Shown here: one piece after another, positions 10,201 through 18,110 of the stretch | Layout: each line of letters opens with the position of its first letter | How positions within the stretch are numbered: position 1 is the first letter of the stretch | Source of the DNA: a bacterium | Lineage (GTDB): Bacteria; Myxococcota_A; UBA9160; UBA4427 | Reading direction: 5' to 3' | Length of the DNA stretch: 64,000 bases | NCBI GenBank assembly: GCA_031413515.1 | Contig: JANOFF010000048.1 | Span: forward strand, 9,673 to 73,672 | Notes under the pieces: generated by a model | Seen by the model: the letters and a program-made list of their open reading frames with translations, nothing else | Told to the model about the DNA's origin: nothing | Database searches by the model: none | Position numbers and translations under genes: made by a program

Positions 10201-10845
10201 AACGACCTCCTCGTACTCGGCGACGGCGTCGTCCTCCATTCCCTCCTGGCGGAGGAGGTCGGCGACCTTGAGTCGACTCGTCGTGTTCGCGGGATCGAGC
10301 GACGCCATCTTGCGCAGCAGCTCGAGCGCCTCGCGGCGCCGGCCCTCGCGGTAGTAGCCGTCGGCCGCCGTCTGCAGCGCACCGATGGCATCCGAGTCGA
10401 GACCCATGCGCTGATAGAGCTCGGCCAACGCGACGTGCGACGTGTAGCGCTTCGGATCCAGATTCAGGATCTGCTTGAGTACCGCGACCGCGCGCGCGTC
10501 GAAGCCATCCTGCTTGTACTGATTGGCGACCCGCGTGTACTGCGCGATCGCCTCTTCCGCCTGTCCCCAGCGGCGATACACGTCGCCGATCTCGAGCAAG
10601 AGCTTCGTGTCTCGCGGGTCGGCCTGGACGAGCTGGTTGTACTCCTTCAGCGCCTTCTGCTTCGCGCCCTTCTGGGCGAGCTTGCGGGCATTGTCCAGGA
10701 CTTTTCTCTTGTTGATCGCCAAGGGTCCCTCAGCATCGGAGCGCGGGTCAGCACTGGAGAGGGAATGGTCTCCCTCGCACTTCCCTATCGGCGATCCGGA
10801 GGCACCCTTGAGGCAGATGGACGGCGGGACGTGGGCATTCTCCAC
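7276..10845 (-). CDS. Very large TPR-repeat scaffold protein with acidic low-complexity spacers (SgmX/FimV-like)
   Basis: 1189 aa. TPR-type blocks (…ALKEYNQLVQADPRDTKLLLEIGDVYRRWGQAEEAI…, …AEFYIQQGLASEAEAIYRRVL…, …FDLGIAYREMGLFNDALGEF…) are separated by three Asp/Glu/Ser/Gly-rich regions. The C-terminal tail is GRRKKKISFV. The start is GTG 10845; TTG 10722 (LAINKRKVL…) is an alternative. Confidence 0.75.
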   Translation of the reverse strand: MENAHVPPSICLKGASGSPIGKCEGDHSLSSADPRSDAEGPLAINKRKVLDNARKLAQKGAKQKALKEYNQLVQADPRDTKLLLEIGDVYRRWGQAEEAIAQYTRVANQYKQDGFDARAVAVLKQILNLDPKRYTSHVALAELYQRMGLDSDAIGALQTAADGYYREGRRREALELLRKMASLDPANTTSRLKVADLLRQEGMEDDAVAEYEEVVRELKRQGAGENICVVQERILELRGEHVPTLVALARNLSDLGRPERAERFAVRALALAKEPDHFELLAGIYKSLGNDVRLSAVTRELATFYKTRGDDDRAREVLQRLPPEAMTPLPGPARGRDRSESDESEVGEDELLEDEDFLVADASEQSDLIDLDEGTTVLTDVAVSGGSKQTELPDGDPEQLLAEASVYLRYGKRVQAIASLKSALRQRPEHRGILEKLGEAYAEDGQDDDAIGCWQRGAELARKAGDAEAFTILRDRIGALDPVAAGEIDPMDAEGGGSGEVGSAFEADLSDGDVSTAGGTSSSVDEFELSIEVSETDSSEPTGDSRTLALDGTGDDDGIGFDLDLDISSPRVEGAGAAIESTTEGLSIDVDTEVEVDIELDAEARDLFGESSSGSGDDRGIDFGVASDGAVAESKTTGSGSRSTSSQFGQSTTTAAQVKEDLEEAEFYIQQGLASEAEAIYRRVLAAAPNHPTALLKLGELAAERGEDPGSVSDPGLGAVISSSENQFVGGTNEISFDDDSEGGALPERSDTPTDASDGIEFELDLDDAESGAEDDTAEISSNGVAGAGPSEDLQAILAEAEAELGDVDGESLDASTPTLSDGRNELIGDDTQNQFAIGDDEAAADAGVFGEDATEVEEPSHPGRDAKGRRFSTEPVQAEPDPDDVQVDDTLPISDPASDGWGRARSEDSPSTGGGAEATFDLAAELADVFGDEQTVAGGASVAARSTIDDGFESLFSDFKKGVSAALDEGDYDTRFDLGIAYREMGLFNDALGEFTTCLGSPGRKLECLHMMALCSMELGRNRDAINHIEQALSSGAIAVAQRTALQFDLGRVQLRAGDLPSARHAFTAVQDADPSFPGLAAEWMALDAAGGEGEGDAGLEVALPREDYESFDDILGDDVGERESESEPETFESFDDVITDAEASELPAAQWPEPLPEPASQSQPASETQSDPGTSRPGRRKKKISFV

Positions 10846-10918
10846 CGAGTTGCCGTGATCCAGGTACGGCCATACCGCTGCAAGAGCTGCAGGCCTGGCG
10901 CAACCGTCGGCGGCGAAA

Positions 10919-11365
10919 TCAACGACGGATCAGCTGGATCAGAGCACGCAGACCGAGCGCGTATCCGCGCGGTCCGAGACCGGCAACCACCGCGCACGCG
11001 ATATCCGAGACGTAGCTGTGTCGGCGGAAGCCTTCACGGACATGCACGTTCGAAAGGTGGACTTCGATCACCGGCAGATCAGTGGCCACCAATGCATCGC
11101 GCAAGCACACGCTGGTGTGGGTCAGCCCACCGGGATTGATCACGATGCCGTCCGTGTCACGCATCGCATCCTGGACCCAGTCGATCAGCACACCCTCGTG
11201 GTTCGATTGCCGACACTGCAGCTCGACCCGTTCACGGACCGCGATAGTGGAAAGGTCTGCGTCGATCTCGGCGAGTGTCGTGTGGCCGTAGACGTCGGGC
11301 TCACGCCTGCCCAATAGATTCAAGTTCGGGCCGTGCAGGACCAGGATCCGATCTGCCGTCTCCAC
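10919..11365 (-). CDS. aroQ: Type II 3-dehydroquinate dehydratase
   Basis: ILVLHGPNLNLLGRREPDVYG…HEGVLIDWVQ…GIVINPGGLTHTSVCLRDAL…PVIEVHLSNVHVREGFRRHSYVS is a canonical AroQ sequence. GTG start at 11365. Confidence 0.95.
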   Translation of the reverse strand: METADRILVLHGPNLNLLGRREPDVYGHTTLAEIDADLSTIAVRERVELQCRQSNHEGVLIDWVQDAMRDTDGIVINPGGLTHTSVCLRDALVATDLPVIEVHLSNVHVREGFRRHSYVSDIACAVVAGLGPRGYALGLRALIQLIRR

Positions 11366-11401
11366 TCGCTCCCCCCACCGGCGAGCGCACGGAAACCGGA
11401 A

Positions 11402-11776
11402 TCAGAGTTCCTGGCGTATCGCCATCAGATTGCGTCGGATCAGATAGCGCGCCTTCCCGATGTTGCCATCGGGCGATACCGCCGCGACCAGCACGATGTC
11501 GTCTTCGACGTGGGCGAAGATCAGCGAAACGCGCGAGAGACTGACGACGACCTCGGCGAGCGGCCCACCCCCGATCGCATCCGATGCCTTGGCGAGATCG
11601 GTCAGGATGTGACCGAACTCGACACCTGCGGGCCCGATGTCACCGTGCAGTGGATCGCCATTTCGGCTCTTCCCGTGCACCTGCACGATCGGAATCCCGT
11701 CGCTCTCCATCAACGCGACGCCGATGATTCCCTTGCCCTCGTCGATGATGGATCGAAGGATCGATTCGAAGCTCAT
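11402..11776 (-). CDS. Roadblock/LC7-domain protein (MglB/MglC-like)
   Basis: 124 aa. MSFESILRSIIDEGKGIIGVALMESDGIPIV…SLIFAHVEDDIVLVAAVSPDGNIGKARYLIRRN is a typical Robl/LC7 fold pattern. Its ATG overlaps the upstream gene's TGA (ATGA at 11773-11776). Confidence 0.8.
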   Translation of the reverse strand: MSFESILRSIIDEGKGIIGVALMESDGIPIVQVHGKSRNGDPLHGDIGPAGVEFGHILTDLAKASDAIGGGPLAEVVVSLSRVSLIFAHVEDDIVLVAAVSPDGNIGKARYLIRRNLMAIRQEL

Positions 11777-12747
11777 GCCCTACCTCGCTGGACGTTGTGC
11801 AGCCACCGCTCCAGGGTGGCCAGGATTTTTGCCGCGCGACCCGGACTCCTTCCGCCGCCCTCTTCGGGCGCATCGATGTCCAGTCCGAATCGAGATCGAC
11901 CGGGCGCGACTGCGGCATCCACCGAGCGGACCGATTCGGAGCCCCGGTCGAGTTCGCGCCGGATCGCTTCAGCACCCGCCGTGTCGCCCTGTTTCGCGAG
12001 CAACTCGGCCATCGTGGCCGTCCGGAATGCCGGCCCGGGCGCGCCGATCCCGTCTTCCTCTTCGTCCAGCTCGAGCAGCGGCGAGTCGTCGTCGTCGGTC
12101 TCGAAATCGAACGAATCATCGAGCGGGTCGTCGAGCGGGTCGTCGAGCGAAGCGTGATCGAGCAGGACGCGCTCGGCCATGTGGTTGGGCGAGATCATCT
12201 CGTCGATCTGCGGTTCTGCGACGGCGAACGCCATCTCCAGTTCGTCGTCGTCGATCCCCGCACGCGCCCCGGACCCGAGCGCGAGCCTGTTCAGATCCGA
12301 CGACAAGGCGGAACCACCGGCTGCAGCGGACTCGCGCGCCCAGACCGGAATCTCCTCGGCCGAGCCCACCTCGGCCGGCCAGGGGATCTGGGGTCCGCCC
12401 ACTGCATCCGCCGCCAGAGGGTGTTCAGCAGCCTGCGTGAAAAGGGGGACGGAAGGTGTGTGTGTGGCGATGCGATGGGGTGCGAGGGTTGCGTCGAGGA
12501 TGACGGACAGAGCGGTTCGTGCCTCTTCGATGCGCCCCAGGTCGAGCAGCGCCAGTCCGAATGCCACGCGACCCGCCATGCGTCCGGGCGCTGCAGCCAA
12601 CCCTGCCTCGGCGACGGATCTCGCTCGATCGGGATGGCCTGCACGGCGCTCCGCTTCGGCGAGCGCCGGAAAGTCCGCGCTACCGGCGTCGGCGGCGACG
12701 ATCGCGCGGAGGGCGTCCAGATCGAATCCTGCCTCGCGCTCCACCAT
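11773..12747 (-). CDS. TPR-like/acidic hypothetical protein, first gene after pilQ
   Basis: ORF 11773..12804 trimmed to ATG 12747, which follows a strong SD (GGAAGGAAGGGGAGGGG). The N-terminal half has TPR-like helices (…RARSVAEAGLAAAPGRMAGRVAFGLALLDLGRIEEARTAL…). There is an acidic run DDPLDDPLDDSFDFETDDDD. Confidence 0.6.
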   Translation of the reverse strand: MVEREAGFDLDALRAIVAADAGSADFPALAEAERRAGHPDRARSVAEAGLAAAPGRMAGRVAFGLALLDLGRIEEARTALSVILDATLAPHRIATHTPSVPLFTQAAEHPLAADAVGGPQIPWPAEVGSAEEIPVWARESAAAGGSALSSDLNRLALGSGARAGIDDDELEMAFAVAEPQIDEMISPNHMAERVLLDHASLDDPLDDPLDDSFDFETDDDDSPLLELDEEEDGIGAPGPAFRTATMAELLAKQGDTAGAEAIRRELDRGSESVRSVDAAVAPGRSRFGLDIDAPEEGGGRSPGRAAKILATLERWLHNVQRGRA

Positions 12748-12871
12748 GCCGCCTATCCCCTCCCCTTCCTTCCGTCCGTCCGCAGGTCTCCTGCCCCGGT
12801 ACATCGATGCGGATGGATATTCCCTGAGAGACTGGTCACGCCTCGATCACCGTTCGAGCCATTATAGAGGA

Positions 12872-12899
12872 ACGGGGGGAAGCCGAAGCTCCCCCCCGT
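12872..12899 (-). terminator. Hairpin terminator downstream of pilQ
   Basis: ACGGGGGGAAGC-CGAA-GCTCCCCCCCGT pairs 11 of 12 positions with a GNRA-like loop. It lies 114 nt after the pilQ stop. On the minus strand it is followed by TTCCTCTATAAT (T-rich, and containing a TATAAT -10-like hexamer at 12866-12861). Confidence 0.5.
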
Positions 12900-13012
12900 C
12901 TCACTTCACCTGGTTTCCCTGATCTCGACCACCCACACTGCTGCCTCGTCGTCGCTCTACCTCGACGTCCGATCGCGAACGTTGGCGACATCGGCCCGAA
13001 GGCCCTGCCCCA

Positions 13013-16000
13013 TCAACTCGCCGCCAACTCGGGATTGACCACGATCCTCGGCGTGATGAAGATCAGCAGCTCCTTGCGGCTGTCCGAGATCTCACGCGCC
13101 TTGAATGCAGCCCCGATCACCGGGATCCGGTGCAGATACGGGACACGCGTCTCTCGCGTGGACTTCTCGATCGTGTAGATGCCGCCGATCACCAGCGTCT
13201 GGCCATCCTTGACCAGGGATTCGGTCTTCGCCTGGTTCTTCGCGATCGCGGGCGAACCGGTCGGAGTCGATACCGACGAGTCCGGTGCGTTTCGCGTGAC
13301 TTCCAGGCTCATGATGATGCTGCGGTCCGCCGTGATGTGCGGCGTCACGTTCAGGCTCAGCACCGCGTCGATGAACTCGAGTTTGGCATCCCCGCCCTCG
13401 AAGGTCTGGAACGGGATCGACACGCCCTGTTCGATCGATGCTTCTTTGTTGTCGAGGGTGACGACTCGCGGGCTCGAGATCACCTTGCCGTCGCCGGCGC
13501 GCTCCATGGCCTCGATTCGCACATCGACCTGCATCTGATCGTCGAGCAGGAAGGCGCCGATGTTCACCGCGCCGGTCGGAATGCTCGTGATCGGGTTGCC
13601 GGACACCACGCTGTTGTCACCCTGGAACCGGAAGTTCTCGTTGCCGAGATCCGTGCGCGGCACACCCGGGTTGTAGCCATCCACCCAGGGCTGCGTCGCG
13701 ACCCGCCAGATGCTGCCGAGTTCCCGACCGAAATCGAGAGACGCCTCGACGATCTTCGCTTCGATCATGACCTGCGGTGTCTGCGTGTCGACCGCCAGGA
13801 TCAGCGCCGTGGCCTCATCGATCACGCTGCTGATGTCCTTGATGATCAGGGTATTGGTGCGCTTGTCCGTGTTCACCGTGCCACGGGGCGAGAGGAGTCG
13901 CTTGACCAGCTTCTCGACGTCGACCACGTTCGCGTAGTTGACGGGCTGCAGTTTCACCTCGAGATCTTCGAGCTTCTCCTTGTTGCGGCGCTCCTGGAGG
14001 CGGACCTCCTCCTCGGCCTTGAGGATCTCGGTCGGTGCGATGCGCAGCACGTTTCCGACCCGCACGAAGCCGAGCCCCTTGGTCAACAGGATGACGTCCA
14101 GCGCCTGATCCCACGGAACGTCGACCAGGCGGATCGTCACCGTGCCGGAAACCTCGTCCCCCGCGATGACGTTGAGGTCCGAAACCTCCGCGATCAACCG
14201 CAGCACGTCCGCGATCTGGACGTCCTTGAAGTCGAGGGAGATCCGGCGTCCGACGTACTCCTTGCCATCGATCAGCCCACCTTCGGCGAGCATGTCGACG
14301 GCGGCCGGACCTTCGAGCGAAGCGGGCGCCGCGGCCGAGGCCGTGGCGGTCGTCACGCCGGGGTCTGCTTCCATCGGCATCGCTGCCACGAGTTCTGCGG
14401 GCAGTTCGAGTCCGGGCTGATCGGCATCCGCAGCGTCGTCGAGGGGCGACGGGGCAGAAGACGCAGCGGCCAACGTGGCCCCCGCATCCGCCACCGGATC
14501 AGCGGCTGCTTCGGGGGAGCTTGCCCCGCTCGCAGCCTGCGAGACCTTCATGGCGTTGGCGTACTGCTCCTGCTGCTGGACTTCGCTGGGCACACCCGGA
14601 ATCGTGGCCGGCGGCGGTGTCGCCGCGAGGCCGGTGTTCTCGAAGTCGAGGAACAGCGCCGATCCGCGCTGAGTCACCTGCGGCGCGAGATTGGCCGCGC
14701 GTCGGATCACGATACGCACCTGGCTCGGCTCGACCTCGGGCTGCTGGAAGCTGACGACGAGCGAGACCGGGCCACCCGCCTCAGGCGTGATCCGGTCTCC
14801 CGTCGGGGCCGCCATCACGGCCCTCTCGATCTGGACGACGACTGTCTCCGGATCGGGCGTGAGGACGCGATACTCCACGAGGGTGTCGCTCAGAACCGCG
14901 ATCCGGTCGCGCTTGGCATCGCGGTCGTACTGGAGACCGAAGATCTCCGCGGACGACCGACCCGCATCGAGCGTCGTGCCGAGAGTGGCGGTCGGCTCGA
15001 CCGTATCGGCCGTAATCATGGCGTCGCGCGCTGCGCTCTCGTCCACCGCACCGGGGACGACCTCGGACACGACGGCCATCTCGGCGGCAGTCTCGTCGAC
15101 CGCCACGTCGGCGATCTCCGCTGCTGCCGGCGGTGTCGTGGATCCGAGCTGGGAGACTGTCTGCAGGATCAAGGCGTCGTTTCCGGCTTCGACCCGCGCT
15201 GCGAGTGCCGCGTCGAGATCGGGACCCGCTCCGACCGTCATGATCAGGCCGTCGGCGGCAGGCATCACGCGGCGTCCCTGGAACTGCGCCACATCGGCGC
15301 CTCCATCGAACACCACGCGCAACTTGTCGGGATGGGAACCGATCCGCACACCCTTCACCCACGAGCTGTCGATCGTGACCCTGTCTTTGTTCGCCGTGTT
15401 CTTGATGCCCGGAAGATCGATAACCATGCGAGCGGGGTTCTCGAGCGTGAACGTCTCGGCGCTGCTCAGGATGCCATTCGCCTGGAGATGGACGAGGACA
15501 CCACTCTGGGCGGTCTCGAACGTGATGCCGGTCAGCAGCGTGGCCGCCGGACTGGAAACGGGTTCCGTCACCGACGCTTCGACGACGACTGTCTCCTCGA
15601 CCAGGGAGTCTCCCGCCACGTTGTCGTCGACCACTACGAGCGCATCGGTGGTCGCCACGGATTCCGTGGCCACCACACCGGCTTCGTCGATCGCCTCGGC
15701 AACGGCCCAGGGATCGCTGGTCTCGAGGGCTCCCGGGACGGTCGGAGACGCCGCATCAGACGAAGTCGGAGCGACGTCGCTCGCGTCTGCAGTGGCCGTC
15801 GTTGCGGTACCGGGTCGGATCACGAGGTCCAGGCCATCGCGACTCGGCACGAACTCGTGGTCGGCCGGAGCCGCGAACGTGACTTCCACGCGGGTGACGG
15901 GTTCGGCGTCGCCTTCATAGGTCGAAGCACTCACGACCTCGACCAGGCCATCGTACACGCTGACCTGCGTAGCCGAGCCCGAAACCGCGTCGAACAAGCT

Positions 16001-16306
16001 CGCCGAAGGCTGGCTGACGCCCGGGAACTCGATCACGAGACCATTGCCCGAAGGCGCCGGCTCGACCGTGTACACGGCGTCGTTCAGCCCGCTGAGCAGG
16101 ATCCGGGTCTCGCCGTCGAGGCTTTCGACCTCGACACCAGCGAGTTCCCGACTGCCCGCCGTGATCGCAGCCCGGTCCTCACCCGACGATTCCGTCGGAT
16201 CAGACTCGGGCGCGGTCGCACACGCGAGCATAGTCGCCGTCGCCAGGACCACGGCAACAAACGTACCTTTGTAGATGCCTCTGCTGAGACGGACCATCGA
16301 GCTCAC
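13013..16306 (-). CDS. pilQ: Type IV pilus secretin PilQ with multiple N-terminal AMIN-like domains
   Basis: 1097 aa. The C-terminal secretin domain reads …LIIKDISSVIDEATALILAVDTQTPQVMIEAKIVEA… and …LVIGGIYTIEKSTRETRVPYLHRIPVIGAAFKAREISDSRKELLIFITPRIV. About four AMIN-like beta modules lie upstream. The GTG start overlaps the pilP stop (GTGA). Confidence 0.95.
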   Translation of the reverse strand: MSSMVRLSRGIYKGTFVAVVLATATMLACATAPESDPTESSGEDRAAITAGSRELAGVEVESLDGETRILLSGLNDAVYTVEPAPSGNGLVIEFPGVSQPSASLFDAVSGSATQVSVYDGLVEVVSASTYEGDAEPVTRVEVTFAAPADHEFVPSRDGLDLVIRPGTATTATADASDVAPTSSDAASPTVPGALETSDPWAVAEAIDEAGVVATESVATTDALVVVDDNVAGDSLVEETVVVEASVTEPVSSPAATLLTGITFETAQSGVLVHLQANGILSSAETFTLENPARMVIDLPGIKNTANKDRVTIDSSWVKGVRIGSHPDKLRVVFDGGADVAQFQGRRVMPAADGLIMTVGAGPDLDAALAARVEAGNDALILQTVSQLGSTTPPAAAEIADVAVDETAAEMAVVSEVVPGAVDESAARDAMITADTVEPTATLGTTLDAGRSSAEIFGLQYDRDAKRDRIAVLSDTLVEYRVLTPDPETVVVQIERAVMAAPTGDRITPEAGGPVSLVVSFQQPEVEPSQVRIVIRRAANLAPQVTQRGSALFLDFENTGLAATPPPATIPGVPSEVQQQEQYANAMKVSQAASGASSPEAAADPVADAGATLAAASSAPSPLDDAADADQPGLELPAELVAAMPMEADPGVTTATASAAAPASLEGPAAVDMLAEGGLIDGKEYVGRRISLDFKDVQIADVLRLIAEVSDLNVIAGDEVSGTVTIRLVDVPWDQALDVILLTKGLGFVRVGNVLRIAPTEILKAEEEVRLQERRNKEKLEDLEVKLQPVNYANVVDVEKLVKRLLSPRGTVNTDKRTNTLIIKDISSVIDEATALILAVDTQTPQVMIEAKIVEASLDFGRELGSIWRVATQPWVDGYNPGVPRTDLGNENFRFQGDNSVVSGNPITSIPTGAVNIGAFLLDDQMQVDVRIEAMERAGDGKVISSPRVVTLDNKEASIEQGVSIPFQTFEGGDAKLEFIDAVLSLNVTPHITADRSIIMSLEVTRNAPDSSVSTPTGSPAIAKNQAKTESLVKDGQTLVIGGIYTIEKSTRETRVPYLHRIPVIGAAFKAREISDSRKELLIFITPRIVVNPELAAS

Positions 16307-16872
16307 CCTCCCTGGCTGCTGCGAATCCGCAATTCCACGTCTTTCGTGGACTGGTTCCCCTCGTAGTCGACGTATGTCTCCTTGACGAGAACCAGATTGT
16401 CTCCGATATGGATCACCCGACCGGAGTTCTTCCCGATCTGCGATCCCTCGTGGATGATGAATCCACGACCACTCGGATCGCTGATCAATGCACGCGGTCG
16501 ACCGGTATCCCAGACCACCGCGACGATCGAGAGCTGTCCGAGTTCGTAGTCGCCGAGCGGCCCGAATCCTGGATTCGGGACCTCTTCGTCGACGAAACGG
16601 AACGAGCGGAACGGGTCACGTCGACCCGTCGGGTCGTACGCGTACTTCTCGCCCACGCTCGAGTAGTTCGCTTCCGAGCTCGGGTCGGCCACGGCGACTG
16701 CGGTCGCCGCAGACTTCTTCGGCTCGTTCTTCTTCGCAATCGCCGCCTTCAGACGATCGCGCTGCTGCGCGAACTCGTCCGTGGTCGTCCCGCCGATCGG
16801 ATCCTCGTTGCATCCGGTCAGGAGAACGAACAGCGCGAGCGCGATTCCTGCGCGCCAGATTCTCACGGTCAT
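16303..16872 (-). CDS. pilP: Pilus assembly lipoprotein PilP
   Basis: Trimmed to ATG 16872 after AGGAGG. The lipobox is LLTGC. The C-terminal beta domain reads …LSIVAVVWDTGRPRALISDPSGRGFIIHEGSQIG…. It sits between pilO and pilQ. Confidence 0.85.
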   Translation of the reverse strand: MTVRIWRAGIALALFVLLTGCNEDPIGGTTTDEFAQQRDRLKAAIAKKNEPKKSAATAVAVADPSSEANYSSVGEKYAYDPTGRRDPFRSFRFVDEEVPNPGFGPLGDYELGQLSIVAVVWDTGRPRALISDPSGRGFIIHEGSQIGKNSGRVIHIGDNLVLVKETYVDYEGNQSTKDVELRIRSSQGG

Positions 16873-16876
16873 CCTC

Positions 16877-17515
16877 CTACGCCCTGCCACGCAGTCGTTC
16901 GCGAGGCGTCACTGATGCAGCACGGGGAACTTCGTTCAAGAACCGGAATGTCGTGGCAGTTCCCTCGACTTTGAGCTGGGTGCCCAGCCGGTCTTCCTTG
17001 GCGACGTTGACTCGCAGAGCGCCGACATTCACGATGCGGGGCAGCCGACCGACTCTCTCGAAGAAGCGAGCCAGGTCGTGATAGTTGCCTTCGATCGCGA
17101 TGCGGAACGGAACCTCCGCGTAGAAGTCGTGTGCGATCTCGGGTTCTCGCGAGAGCGAAGTGATCTTGACACCGACCTGCTTGCCGGCGGTGCTGATGTC
17201 GCGCAGCAGATCCTCGAACTGCTTTCCATCCGGGAGCTGCTTGAGGGCCTTCTCGAGTTCGCGCTCGAGCTCGGCGACCTCGATCTCGAAATCGCCGACG
17301 TTGGACGCGACCGCCCGGATGTTGCTGAGCTTGCGCTGCAGCTGCTGCGCGTTGGCCCGCAGCATCGCCACTTCGTCGGCCTTCGGCTGGTAGACGAAGA
17401 ACCAGTACCCGGACGCCACCGCCATCAGGATGGCCAGCACGACCCCCATGCGGACGGGGCGCGGAACCTTCCCGAGCTTCTCGATCTGATCGTCGAAATC
17501 GAACTTGAGATCCAT
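16877..17515 (-). CDS. pilO: Pilus assembly protein PilO
   Basis: Trimmed to ATG 17515 (MDLKFDFDDQIEKLGKVPRPVRMGVVLAILMAV…). It has a single TM helix, a coiled coil and a ferredoxin-like C-terminus. It lies 10 nt after pilN. Confidence 0.85.
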   Translation of the reverse strand: MDLKFDFDDQIEKLGKVPRPVRMGVVLAILMAVASGYWFFVYQPKADEVAMLRANAQQLQRKLSNIRAVASNVGDFEIEVAELERELEKALKQLPDGKQFEDLLRDISTAGKQVGVKITSLSREPEIAHDFYAEVPFRIAIEGNYHDLARFFERVGRLPRIVNVGALRVNVAKEDRLGTQLKVEGTATTFRFLNEVPRAASVTPRERLRGRA

Positions 17516-17525
17516 GGGTGGCCCC

Positions 17526-18110
17526 CTACGCGCCAGCCGGAGCAGCGGGCGGCTGCTCGGCTTCATCCGGAGGAGCAACGAGATCTGCGGTGATCTCGAA
17601 GCCCACGAGTTGGATGCCGTCGACGGTCTTGCCTCCGGTCTTGAGCAGGTCGACGTTGGCGAAGTAGCGCGAGCTGTTGAGCGCTCGCAGGAAGTCTGCC
17701 ACGACTCCATTGTCGAGACTGCTGCCTTCGATCTTGAGTTGGCTGCCCTCGGTCTTCAAAGACGTCAGCCAGAGCCGCTCGGGTGTCTGCGAAGCCAGTT
17801 CGTCGAACATCCGCACCGGTCCGTTGCGTGCACGATCGAGACCGCGGATGACCTCGAGCTTGTCTTCGAGGTCGGACTTCTTCTTCCGGAACTCGGCGAC
17901 CAGCGTCTCCTGCGGCTTGTAGCGGGCGATGTCGCTCTCGAGCTGGGTGACCGATACGCGCGCGGTCGCGAGCTGATCGCTCACCTGGCCGTTCAGGAAC
18001 ACGACTCCGGCAATGATCACCACGAGGCCGAGAACCAGCACCCCGACACTGTCCCGCAGATCTGCGGCGCGCTTGGCGTCGCGATGCGGAAGTAGATTGA
18101 TCTCGATCAT
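17526..18110 (-). CDS. pilN: Pilus assembly protein PilN
   Basis: Trimmed to ATG 18110 (MIEINLLPHRDAKRAADL…, the conserved INLLP motif). Its start overlaps the pilM stop by 1 nt (TAATG). Confidence 0.85.
   Translation of the reverse strand: MIEINLLPHRDAKRAADLRDSVGVLVLGLVVIIAGVVFLNGQVSDQLATARVSVTQLESDIARYKPQETLVAEFRKKKSDLEDKLEVIRGLDRARNGPVRMFDELASQTPERLWLTSLKTEGSQLKIEGSSLDNGVVADFLRALNSSRYFANVDLLKTGGKTVDGIQLVGFEITADLVAPPDEAEQPPAAPAGA

Noticed and set aside
7648-11139. A 1163-aa plus-strand ORF, one of the longest in the track.
   Set aside because: It is exactly antisense to the TPR scaffold gene. Its translation is Arg/Gly/Ala/Leu-rich with no recognisable domain. The minus-strand frame has clear TPR repeats and sits in operon context. 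This is a typical high-GC shadow ORF.
13130-16366. A 1078-aa plus-strand ORF overlapping pilQ.
   Set aside because: It is antisense to an unambiguous secretin gene. The composition is dominated by Arg/Asp/His/Gly and no motifs are present.
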